Below are positions 11,935 to 22,691 of a stretch of 33,942 nucleotides of DNA, one piece after another. The position numbers and the translations under genes are program-made. The stretch is from Octopus bimaculoides. Lineage: Eukaryota. The DNA lies in NCBI RefSeq assembly GCF_001194135.2, contig NC_068981.1, positions 22,890,449 to 22,924,390 of the forward strand, written 5' to 3'. The notes below the pieces were generated by a model. It worked only from the letters and a program-made list of their open reading frames with translations, did no database searches and had not been told where the DNA came from. Numbering within the stretch: position 1 is the stretch's first letter; each line of letters starts with the position of its first letter.

Positions 11935-12004
11935 CACCAAACAATCGCAAACCTACCGATCCATTAATAATTACAGATGTCAGGCGTGGAAGTGTGGCAA
12001 ACAG
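11935..12004 (+). CDS. GRIP1: GRIP-family exon C (middle of PDZ5)
   Basis: Acceptor tcttcattttgtAG, donor AG|GTGAGA. 70 nt, phase 1 to 2. (A)PNNRKPTDPLIITDVRRGSVAN(R) versus recalled GRIP1 [24 protein letters not shown]. Absent from the ORF track because it is short. Confidence 0.93.
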
Positions 12005-12245
12005 GTGAGATGGTTCACTATAAACATATGTCGACAGAATTAAGCATTAACTATTGTTTCCTTTAAATAAACCTCTTTCCATTATTATCCCTGTGTGTTT
12101 TCACCAAAAATGTCAAAAATAATAATCATCAAGGCTGATGATAATAGAGCTATTTTTGTATGTAATCTAAATGTTATTTATCTAATATACTTTGTTCGGG
12201 CTCTTGCAGCCATTTTCTACACTTATTCTATCATCCAGTAGCTTT

Positions 12246-12276
<31 letters not shown>

Positions 12277-12507
12277 TATTTCTTTACTACCCACAAGGGG
12301 CTACACACAGAGGGGACAAACAAGGACAGACAAACGGATTAAGTCGATTATATCGACCCCAGTGCGTAACTGGTACTTATTTAATCGACCCCGAAAGGAT
12401 GAAAGGCAAAGTCAACCTTGGCGGAATTTGAACTCGGAACGTAGCAACAGATGAAATACCGCTAAGCATTTCGCCAATGTGCTAACGCTTCTGCCAGCTC
12501 ACCGCCC
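12277..12507 (-). mobile_element. Family D tRNA-headed SINE, young near-full-length copy (Deu/Nin-like central domain)
   Basis: Minus strand: ggcggtgagctggcagaagcgttagc...gagttcaaattccgcc...gactttgcctttcatcctttcggggtcgattaaataagtaccag. The GCCTTTCATCCTTTCGGGGTCGA-like core resembles the Deu/Nin domain as recalled. Flanked on both sides by (TG)n. Confidence 0.88.
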
Positions 12508-12534
12508 TGTGTGTGTGTGTATATATATATATAT

Positions 12535-12745
12535 TACGGAGATATACTTGCATAGCAAGTGACCTGATCTGAGATTGTGTGCTGGAACGCAAACAATTGC
12601 AGCGTGGAAGGTGTTTATAAGCCATTTAAAATAACACACAAAAACCATTAGATTCACTTCAACATTTAAATTTAATTTGTCAAAATATTTTCGTCGCTTT
12701 GAGACTGCGACCTGTTCACTGACAAAATTCTGTGTTGCATCTCTA
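12535..12745 (-). mobile_element. Penelope-type repeat fragment with terminal stem-loop
   Basis: Inverted ends aatttgtca (12674) / tgacaaaatt (12729) enclose gtcgc-9nt-gcgac next to GAAA on the minus strand. Family call is by resemblance only. Confidence 0.4.
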
Positions 12746-12784
12746 TATATATGTATATATATCTTGACGTTTATTCTTTAATGC

Positions 12785-13060
12785 TTTGTGTAGCCTAGTG
12801 GTTAGGGTGCTGCACACACAATCACATGATTGTTGTTTCAATTCCAAGACCAGGCAGTGCATGGTGTTCTTGAGCAGAACACTTTATTTCTCATTGCTTT
12901 GTGATCACTTTGACATCTGACATGTGACACACTGTGCACCTGTACAGGTAACATCAGACTGATGGAGAGAGAGAGAGAGCAAGCAAGCTCATGTACAGCA
13001 CAAACACCTTATCACTATAAACAAACTATATGTGCAGGTTGTTCAGCCAGAAATTGTGGA
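12785..13060 (+). mobile_element. tRNA-headed SINE (family F variant)
   Basis: tagcctagtggttagggtgc (A box), tttcaattcc (B-box-like), gtgttcttgagcagaacacttt central motif. Confidence 0.7.
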
Positions 13061-13346
13061 ATCAACATTCTTGGATTACAAGAGACTACCAACAACAACA
13101 ACAATAACATTTTGTATAGCAATTTGTATTCACACAGTCTATTTCTGATTTCAGTCATTGGATTGTTGTCATGCTGGAGCACTCCTTGAAGGGTTTCGTC
13201 AATCCTATCAACTTCAGTTTGGTACCTATCTAATCAGAAGGTACATTTCTCCAGTGGGTTGGCACCTGGGTTCTTAATTTCCAATCCAGGGGATACAAAA
13301 TCTGTCCTTGAGCAAGACATTTAACATTGCTCCATCCTGGTTAGTG

Positions 13347-13660
13347 AAGGTGTATGGCTCAGTGGTTAGGGTATTCGACTCATGATTGTGAGTTTGATAC
13401 CTGGTGGTGAATTATGTCCTTGAGCAAGACACTTTATTTCACATTGCTCTAGTCCACTCAGCTGGCAAAAATGAGTAGTACCTGTGTTTCCAAGGGACAG
13501 CCTTGTCACATTTTGTGTTCACACTGAATCTCCCTGAGAACTACATTATGGGAAAACATGTCTGTAGAGTACTCAGCCACTTAGATGTTAAATTCACAAG
13601 CAGACTGTTTCATTGATCAGATCAGCTGGAACCCTTGCCATCATATCTGATGGAGTGCCA
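13347..13660 (+). mobile_element. tRNA-headed SINE (family F), full length
   Basis: TGGCTCAGTGG A box (13355-65), gtccttgagcaagacacttt core, 3' end ctggaacccttgccatcatatctgatggagtgcca followed by a T run. Confidence 0.8.
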
Positions 13661-14629
13661 GTTTTTTTTTGTTTTTTTTTGCCTTTATTCCTCTCAACTG
13701 ACAGAAATATGAGTATTAACACTGACAGAGTACCTGGTCAGAATTAACAAGCCAGTGATGCAGATGAAAACTAAAGGGAAACAGGGTATCTGCAGCAGTG
13801 AACTGCTATATCTTGTCTTTACTCCTTTTGTTTTCATATTTAATTCATCTCTGTTTGTCAAACCACTAAGTTACAGGACATACAAGGAAACAACATATAC
13901 ACACACACAGAAAGGAAGGGTATCCAACCATAGAAAATCTGCCTCAAGCAACTCTGTCTGATCCATGCAAGCATGGAAAAGTGGATGTTAAAATGTTGAA
14001 ATGTTTATGATTATATATATATATGTGTGTGTGTGTTTGAGGTGTTTGGAAACTTTACAATACACTTTATTCTTTCACTTGTAAGCCATCTTATAAATGA
14101 TTAAAAACAAAAAACATCCTCAAGAAAGAATTAAGCCCCTCCACGACCACCACCACCACCACCACCACAATCATTGGCTTGCTCACATCCCCCTCCCCCC
14201 ACATTCTTATTACCAGTTATTCCAGATTATGTTAGATGATGATATATTTCTTCCAACTCTTATTCAGATCTATCCCAGATGCTTCTTATTACCATTACTA
14301 AAACAAAATACAAAATAACAAAGCATCTTATTGAATATTTAATGATTTCTGGGAGGAAAATCCATTTTTTTTTCCTTAATATTTAGAAAAAAAATTTTAT
14401 TTATTTTTTTGCAGTTTTAGTTCTGGATTTTATTAAATATTTCTTTTCTGTTCTTAATTTTTTTTCTTTTCAGTATTCTATAATCAATTTTTTTTTTCAT
14501 CTTTAACTACATTCAAGGATTCAAATACAAAATCCCTTGAAGGGCATTTTCTTTTATTTTTTTTTTTTTTTTAATTTTTTTACTTCTATTTCAATGCGTT
14601 TTTATTGATAATATACTCATGCAAACATA

Positions 14630-15068
14630 TGTTAAAAAAGCTTAGCATATAACCACATATGCATACATGTTCACTCACAGAATACCACACATATATACAC
14701 ACGCACAAGCATATCCCAAAATGCACATTCATGCAAACAAACAGGTGTATATAAATATATTAGCTGTTAAACATGAAATATATATGTGTATACATGTGTA
14801 TACATGTTTTAACTGATTGCCAAACATGCTCACACATGGAAACAAACAGATACTAAGATGCATCTACATCTACATATACACAAACAAATACTAAAGGATA
14901 TTGACAAATAATACACAAACATACACACAGTGCAGTAGATTCACACTTGTGCATGCACACACATACAGGTTCATCATACACTCGCATACAAAGGTGCACT
15001 AAAATATACACATATAAATACATAGACATTAGCACAGTAAAAACATACAAAGTCACACATTGCCACTT

Positions 15069-15102
<34 letters not shown>

Positions 15103-15235
15103 GCGCGCGCACGTGCATACACAGTAAAATATATACACATAAGCACAAACATATTTAAACATATTAACTCTTTAATACAACACATACACAGTCAGTCACA
15201 AATTCACACACATTCTCTCTAGCACATTAATATAT
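14630..15235. repeat. Degenerate CA/CATA-rich low-complexity tract
   Basis: Direct reading. Confidence 0.8.
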
Positions 15236-15252
15236 AAAAAGATATACATATA

Positions 15253-15440
15253 GATGCAGGCATGACTGTGTGACAAGAAGTTTGCTTCCCAACCACATAA
15301 TTCTGGGTTCAATCCCATTATATGGCACCTTGGGCAAATGTCTTCCACTATAGCCTCAGGCTGACCAAAGCCGTGTGAGTATATTTGATAGACAGAAACT
15401 GAAAGAAGCCTGTTGAGTGTGTGTGTGTGTGTGTGTGTAT
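15253..15440 (+). mobile_element. Family A SINE 5' half
   Basis: gatgcaggcatgactgtgtg...gggttcaatccc...ggcaccttgggcaaatgtcttc...gaaactgaaagaagcc, then (TG)n. Confidence 0.85.
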
Positions 15441-15444
15441 CTCA

Positions 15445-16000
15445 TTATCATCATCATCGTTTAACGTCCGCTTTCCATGCTAGCATGGGTTGGATGATTT
15501 GACTGAGGTCAGGTGAACCAGATGATTGCACCAGGCTCCACTCTGATCTGGCAGAGTTTCTACAGCTGGATGCCCTTCCTAACGCCAACCACTCCGATAG
15601 TGTAGTGGGTGCTTTTACGTGCCACCGGCACAAGGGCCAGTCAGGCGGTACTGGCAACGGCCATGCTCAAAATGGTGTTTTTCACGTGCCACCTGCACAG
15701 GAGCCAGTCCAGCGGCACTGGCAACGACTTCACTCGAATGTTTTTTTACATGCCACCAGCACAAGTGCCTGTAAGGCAATGCTGGTAAAAATCATGCTCA
15801 AATGGTACTATTTACGTGCCACTGGCACAGAAGGCAGACAGCTGCTCTGGCAATGATCACGCTCAGACGGTGCTCTTAGCGCTCCACTGGCACAGGTATC
15901 AGTCATCGAATTTGGTTCAATTATGATTTCGATTTTGATTTCACTTGCCCCAACAGGTCTTCGCAAGCAGAGTTTAGTGTCCAATGAAGGAAAGGTTGGC
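15445..16000 (-). mobile_element. Family B SINE with (GAT)n tail and internal 64-67-nt tandem array
   Basis: (CAT)n gtttaacgtccgctttccatgctagcatgggttgg...ggatgcccttcctaacgccaacc, then five ACGTGCCA-type units at 15617, 15684, 15748, 15814 and 15878. Confidence 0.88.
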
Positions 16001-16690
16001 ATGGGAGTCGTCAAATTTGTTTCGATATCAATTTCGATTTCACTTCCAACTGTAGTGAATTGACTCATTATCCAACTGTTGTTATTCATTTATTTATTTA
16101 TTATTCACCTTACTTGGTCCCTGCTACTTGTGTAGATCCAAAGTATATTTTATTCTTTATAACAAGCACTTAGGCTCTAACACAGAGGGGACAATACAAG
16201 GACACACACAACACCACAGTGGGGACAAAAACATAAAACGGATGACATGAAATATATAAAATGTATAAAATTAATGATAATGAAATGACTGTATTGAGCC
16301 CCACTCCCAAGCAGTACCATTTTAAATGTTTTTAAATACAGTTTTTAATCGGGTTTTTTTTTTCCACTTTTTCTCTCTATTAGCATCATATTTATATTCC
16401 AAAGTATATTATAGACCATACATTTAGTGCAATGTGCATTTCGTGATTAGCCTCAAGGCTCATGATATACTGAGTCAGGTACAGTTAATCATTTACATAA
16501 ACTGAATATTTTTCTACCCAACCTGGTGCCTTGCCATTTAAGTGCCTTATTCAAATCCTAATTTATATATATATATATATATAATATTAGGGACAAAATC
16601 CAAAATTACAGGTAAAATCTCAATTAAAATCAATTTATAAAAAATTAAAATTAAAATTAAATTGAGCTTTATAGATTAAAATATATATAA

Positions 16691-16799
16691 AAATATATAG
16701 TTTTAGGGAAAGGAACCAAGTTTCAAAAACTCATCGTGATAGTGGATTTTCATCAATGAGTTCTTGAAACTTGATATTTTTCCCTAAAACTATATATTT
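16691..16799. repeat. Hairpin (~45-bp arms, 10-nt loop) between (TA)n tracts
   Basis: aaatatatagttttagggaaa pairs perfectly with tttccctaaaactatatattt; caagtttcaaaaactcat pairs with atgagttcttgaaacttg. Confidence 0.85.
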
Positions 16800-17049
16800 A
16801 TATATATATATATATATATATGGCAGGAAGCAGGGTGTCAAAGGATATAAACAATGGCAAGAAAACTGAAAAAACTGGTGCTCTTGCAGTATTTGTTTTG
16901 CACTGCATTACAGATACTCCCTTATCACTTCTTCCATTAAAAATGTACTGAACTAACGATTGACACACTGGGAACCTGTGACTAATGATGCCATTGTTGG
17001 CAAATTGTGATAGCAAATTTTTTTGGTTCATAAAAAGTGTTTGTGTCAG

Positions 17050-17313
17050 TATCTTTTAATATATGTATGTATGTACGTACGTACGTATGTATGTATGTCT
17101 TTTATTAGGTGTGTGTATTTTAAATGTATGGATCGACAGAGCTTTTTCTCTGTATGTGTGAATATATTCACGTGTATAAGTAATGTAGTGGTTTTAATAA
17201 ATGTTTGTATAATTTGTCTTTGCAGCTGATTTAAAAATGTGTTTCTGTAGAAATAGATATGTAACTGCATTAAGTTGCTACTGTAATGTATGTATATATG
17301 ATGGTCAAATATG

Positions 17314-17361
<48 letters not shown>

Positions 17362-17660
17362 CATATGTATCAGCATCATTATGTACATGTTACTAAAAGT
17401 ATATTTGTGTATATTTTGCTGTACATGTCAATGTTTTTTGGCTTGTATATGTGTATTTTGCTTTAGTAATACTGTCTGTATATAAAGGCATATGTTTTAG
17501 AAAAGTGTGTGTGTGTGTGTGTGTGTGTGTCTGTTTTAGTGAAAGTATGTATGTGCATATACAATGTATTTTAATGTGGGTGTTTATGCATGTTTCAAAT
17601 AATGTGTGTATGTGTATTTAAGTGTATATCAATATAATACACCACATGTGTGTGTGTAAG
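17050..17660. repeat. Degenerate TG/TATG-rich low-complexity tract
   Basis: Direct reading. Confidence 0.8.
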
Positions 17661-18414
17661 ATCACTTGTCAAGAAATTTATTTTTAAACTGCTTACTCAG
17701 CAAATTTTAGCTTTGTATAATCTACTGACCAAACTCCTAAATGCTTGATTCCCAAACTTTTTCATAGTTCCCCTCCTATTCCACCCTATCCCCCCCCCCA
17801 CCTCAAAATCATGATTCCCACTAATTTTAAACTTCCCTTCCCAATCTACCACTTTGGTTGAGAACTGTAACTGATGTGTTGGTAGGGGGCAGGGCTTGTT
17901 CTTGTCTGTCATATGCCTTCTGTTCTTTAACCCTCTTTTTCTTCCTATCCAAAACCCTTCTCTGTCACCCACCCACTTCAATAAACTTTCATCATACTTT
18001 CTCCACTGCCTCTCTTCAGGTCTCTCTCATTCTCTCCCCGCTTCTGCTTTTACTACTGCTACAAACATTGCTCTCTCTCTCTCCAACTGTCTGTCTGTCT
18101 CTCTCTCTCTCTCCAACTGTCTGTCTGTCTCTCTCTCTCTCTCTTTCTAAGTGAGTTAGTGGTGGTGGAGGGTTTGGAGATCCCTCAACTTGCTACCACT
18201 AGCACCCTTGGCATATTTAAAACTTTAACTGGACCTTTATCTCTTTCTCTTTCTTCTTCCCATTCCTTCAGCCTTTTTGTAATCCCTTTGGTGTTTTAAC
18301 TACCACCATTACAAAACATCATCATCATCATCATCACCATCATCGTTGTGTCTGAACAAAACCGCCCAAATTATTCTCTCTTTCAATGTCACAGCAAAGA
18401 ATACTTTAAGTCTT

Positions 18415-18416
18415 TC

Positions 18417-18491
<75 letters not shown>
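18415..18491. repeat. (CT)n microsatellite
   Basis: Direct reading; a further (CT)/(CTGT) tract lies at 18070-18148. Confidence 0.95.
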
Positions 18492-18494
<3 letters not shown>

Positions 18495-18537
18495 ATTGTA
18501 TCATTTATATACACATGGACTTCAAACTTTAGCATTA

Positions 18538-18750
18538 TTGAGGTGGTGAGCTGGTAGAATCATTGGCATGGAAGACAAAACACTTAGAAGCATTTTGTCA
18601 GTCTATACATTCTAAGTTCAGATTCCGCCAAGGTCAACTTTGCTTGTCATCTTTTTGGGGTCAGTAAAATGATTAGCGTCAATGTAATCAACTACCTGCT
18701 CCTCCCAAATTTTCAGGCTTTGTTCCTACAGTAGAAAGAATTATTATTAT
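18538..18750 (+). mobile_element. Family D SINE, diverged
   Basis: gaggtggtgagctggtagaatcattggc...aagttcagattccgccaaggtcaactttgc...(TTA)n tail. Confidence 0.8.
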
Positions 18751-18997
18751 TGTTGCTGTCTGCTTAGGTATTTCGTAGTTTAGAAAGATTTTACCATCAT
18801 TAATCCATCCCCAGTAATTCCTGGTGAGGATTATTGTAGCAAGGACAGCAGACGATGTAGATATCAGTAGATACTTATCAGCTTTGATTGTCAGCATTAT
18901 AGATGTTCAATCAACAGAATTACCAAGTAATTGAATAAACAAATTAGTGGCAGATTATTCCACAGACATCATAATAATCATCATTAACAACAACATT

Positions 18998-19163
18998 TAC
19001 TGTATCTTAATGTGTATAAGAAACCCCCTAATTTTTGGGGCCTAAAATTTGGAAAAATGGTTTTGTAAGGGATTATAATATTGCCAATGTATAATGAACT
19101 TCCATATTCTTTAAACCTAATTTTTGACAAAAAAGGGTTCCTTACACATGTTAAAATGTGGTA
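18998..19163. mobile_element. Tc1/mariner-type MITE, diverged
   Basis: Left tactgtatcttaatgtgtataag versus right-end reverse complement taccacattttaacatgtgtaag (16/23 identical), TA-bounded. Confidence 0.5.
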
Positions 19164-19811
19164 ACATTTAACTTCCATGTTAGTTTCGGTTGGGGTTCAA
19201 CATGATCTGATGAGTTAGAGGACTGCATCATGTGCCAGTGTATATTTTTGTGCGGTTTCAGCAGTTTGATGCCTCTTCTAACACTAGACATTATCATCAT
19301 TTAATGTTTGGTTTCCATACTGGCATGAGATAAATGGTGCAATGGAATCCCACAGGTTTATGGCACAAAAGAAATTACTTTAAACTTGCTAAAATAATAT
19401 TCAGGATGCCTTTATCTCTACTAGTATAGATGCAGATGTGTTACTTAAGATTTATTTTGAGGATCTGATCAAAGAATTTGCAATTCAAAAAGTAGGAGGA
19501 ACCTTTTCAAATATAAATAAAGTGGAAGTATACAAAAATAAACATCATTTTCCCTCATACTGTTTTGTTTCATTTTGAAAAATAAAAAAATAATTTTATA
19601 GTTTGTTATTGGTTATATTTTGAATTACATAATCTTTTATGAAGGCCCCGCAAACTTTTAAGTGCTTAGGGCCTCGATAGGTCTTAATCCAGCCCTGTCC
19701 CTTTATATTTTGTGTGCCAATCCTTAATGGTTATCAACTTGACTTTTCATCCTTCTGGGATTAATAAAATAAAATACTTTTCAGGGACTAGGATTAATGT
19801 AAAGTCTGTAC

Positions 19812-20269
19812 CATTGGTACTCAACCAGGGTCCATATAAGTATTGGTAGGGCCCACACAAGCAAAATAGTAAATTGGGGAGCCACAGTAGTATTTTAAGG
19901 ATATCATCATCATCATCATCGTTTAACGTCCGCTTTCCATGCTAGCATGGGTTGGACGATTTGACTGAGAACTGGTGAAACAGATGGCCATGAAAAAAAA
20001 AAATGTGTTAAATGTATTTATTGCAAGAAAAAGCTAAGTTTCCTTCTCTAATGTTTTACGTAGTTCAACGTGTTTCCAGCAACTGAAACCTGTTCTCTCA
20101 GGGAACACTATTGCAAACCTATACAAATGAATGTATGGAAAATAAAATAGGAATTTTGGAAGAAGTGTCTATAAAACTAGCTTTTAATCATAGAATGGCT
20201 ATGGTGGTCCACCAGAATGATATAGTAATCAAAGGGGTCCACAAGTAAAAAAGTGGTTGAGAACCACTG
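19812..20269. mobile_element. hAT (Charlie-like) MITE with 8-bp TSD and a nested SINE tail
   Basis: TIRs cattggtactcaacc (19812-26) and ggttgagaaccactg (20255-69), 13/15 match; flanks gtctgtac / gtctatac (7/8). Confidence 0.8.
19903..19987 (-). mobile_element. 5'-truncated family B SINE tail inside the hAT MITE
   Basis: (CAT)n gtttaacgtccgctttccatgctagcatgggttggacgatttgactgag, nearly identical to 15445-15510. Confidence 0.9.
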
Positions 20270-20779
20270 GTCTATACCCTCATTTCTTCACAAAATGTTC
20301 AACTTTGCTCGTATAATTAGAGACGATTTTAATCAAGTGTTCTGAGGAAACATTATTTTTTATCTTATTGGTTGGCAGTAGTTTTCAATAGAATAAGTTG
20401 CAATCAAATATTAGGACTTATATAATCAAATATACACACTCTCCAAAATGTATGACCTTCTGACCAAGTCAGCGGTTGATTGTATCTTTCATCTTTTGAG
20501 TTATTGGTGGTGGTGAGGGTGGAAATAAAGACGACATTTAAGAATTGGAGCTCATTTACTCAATTTACTGATGATAAAAAAGAAAGTATTCTGACCATGA
20601 CCATCCTGTATGTTTTTTTTATATAGCCTATCAAGGAATATATTATTCAATGTAGCTTGTTTTTTTTTATTTTTAAGATGGATAGGTTTCATTTGAGGGA
20701 GATTATACTGCTACTTCTAACAGGTCAAATAACTGAAAATGTTTCCTTTTGTAGACTTTTATTTTTAGAATTTTATCAT

Positions 20780-21020
20780 TCACATTCTGTGAACCCACCT
20801 GAAACCAACTTTGCTTCCACAATGCAAACTTCCTGTTTTGAAGTGATGTGAACTAAAACCTTCCAACAAAAATTCATCTTAATTTATGTTCCAAGCATTA
20901 TCTGACTTATATAAAGTCAAATTACAACAAGTATATAGTCCATTTTTTGTTATTTTCAATAATAATTGAAACAAAGACAGTGTACTTTAATAGAAATATA
21001 CTAGCCAGAGCCTGTTAAGA
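20780..21020 (-). mobile_element. Non-autonomous DNA element fragment, same family as 1891-2004
   Basis: aattgaaacaaagacagtgtactttaatagaaatat...ttaa parallels gcagtgcatttcaacagaaatatggtaacaaaagag at 1965-2000. Confidence 0.45.
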
Positions 21021-21236
21021 CTGACTGATTTGCTAACAAGTCAATGACTGAAAACAAATAATTTTTAATTCCTAGTAACTAATACTCTATTCTGCTGTTC
21101 ATAGCATCATTATATTTTCTCTTCTTATTTTACTCATCTGTTTTACTCTTTGCAAACCTACTGTAACTGGAAAACAAGCAGAATTATGTATTAATGGATT
21201 TTTGTTTCATATTTTTTTTTTTTTTTACTTACGCAG

Positions 21237-21382
21237 ATGTGGTTCTATACAGCCAAGTGATAAACTTTTAGCCATCAATGATATTCGAATGGAGCCTTGT
21301 TGTGCAGATGAGGCTGCTAATTTGTTGGAGACTGCAGATGATATCATTGTACTAAAACTTCGAAGAGACGATCCATATGGAG
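21237..21382 (+). CDS. GRIP1: GRIP-family exon D (C-terminal half of PDZ5)
   Basis: Poly-T tract plus acgcAG acceptor, donor G|GTAATG. 146 nt, phase 2 to 1. CGSIQPSDKLLAINDIRMEPCCADEAANLLETADDIIVLKLRRDDPYG versus recalled GRIP1 [48 protein letters not shown]. Confidence 0.95.
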
Positions 21383-21519
21383 GTAATGAATAAATACATA
21401 ATTGAATACTAAAAGCAATACAGCATGGGATATGAAAAAATTAATATTCACACTCACATGTATTTAATTAAAAGATGAATAAACATTGTGTTTGATATTT
21501 TGAAATGCTTTATCATCAG

Positions 21520-22040
21520 TGCAGGAGTGACTGTGTGGTAAATAGCTTGCTTACCAACCACATGGTTCTGGGTTCAGTCCCACTGCGTGGCACCTTGGGC
21601 AAGTGACATTGTAGTCGTGGCTGATGCTAGTGTCACATAATTGGCACCCATGCTGGTGGCATGTAAAAAGCACCTTTTGTGTGTTGGGTCTCACAGAGGT
21701 AAAGTGTCTGATGCCAGTGGCACCTGAATAGCTCCTTTCGAGTGTTGGGCCTCACAGGGGCAATGACCGAGACCTTTGGCATTATGTCATGCTTGAGAAG
21801 AAGACCCATCAAGCCAAGTAAAATCACAGTCATGGCAGATAGTAATGTCACACAAATGGCACCTGTGCCAGTGGCACATAAAAGTACCCATTACACTCTT
21901 GAAGTGGTTGGCGTTAGGAAGGACATCCAGCCATAGAAACCGTTCCAAATCAAACTGGAGTGTGGTGCAACCTTCCAGTTTGCCAGCCCTGGTCAAACTG
22001 TCCAACCCATGCCAGCATGGACAACAGACGTTAATTGATG
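21520..22040 (+). mobile_element. SINE with family A tRNA-like head and family B body/tail
   Basis: gtgcaggagtgactgtgtggtaaatagcttgc...gggttcagtcccactgcgtggcaccttgggcaagtg, tggcac repeats, ggttggcgttaggaaggacatccagcc, tail ccaacccatgccagcatggacaacagacgttaattgatgat. Confidence 0.88.
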
Positions 22041-22182
22041 ATCTATCTATCTTTCTATCTATGTATAAAAATGTATATCATCATTGTCATCTTTCAATAT
22101 CTATCTTCCATGGTGGCAGGGATTGGACTGTTTGTCAGGTTGGAGAACTGCCTTATGTTCCAATGTCTTCTTTGGCTGGGTT

Positions 22183-22604
22183 NNNNNNNNNNNNNNNNNN
22201 NNNNNNNNNNNNNNNNNNNNNNNNNNNNNNNNNNNNNNNNNNNNNNNNNNNNNNNNNNNNNNNNNNNNNNNNNNNNNNNNNNNNNNNNNNNNNNNNNNNN
22301 NNNNNNNNNNNNNNNNNNNNNNNNNNNNNNNNNNNNNNNNNNNNNNNNNNNNNNNNNNNNNNNNNNNNNNNNNNNNNNNNNNNNNNNNNNNNNNNNNNNN
22401 NNNNNNNNNNNNNNNNNNNNNNNNNNNNNNNNNNNNNNNNNNNNNNNNNNNNNNNNNNNNNNNNNNNNNNNNNNNNNNNNNNNNNNNNNNNNNNNNNNNN
22501 NNNNNNNNNNNNNNNNNNNNNNNNNNNNNNNNNNNNNNNNNNNNNNNNNNNNNNNNNNNNNNNNNNNNNNNNNNNNNNNNNNNNNNNNNNNNNNNNNNNN
22601 NNNN

Positions 22605-22605
<1 letters not shown>
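22183..22605. other. Assembly gap (423 N)
   Basis: Run of N followed by (TA)n(GATA)n. Confidence 0.99.

Positions 22606-22691
<86 letters not shown>

Noticed and set aside
15612-15895. CRISPR-like repeat-spacer appearance
   Set aside because: Units are degenerate, lie inside a eukaryotic SINE, and there are no cas genes or prokaryotic context.
14630-17660. Long-range pairing of the CA-rich and TG-rich tracts
   Set aside because: Complementarity is only compositional; no specific alignment was seen.
17746-17868. Possible second hAT MITE (gattcccaaac...ggttgagaactg)
   Set aside because: Termini are too degenerate and no TSD was found.
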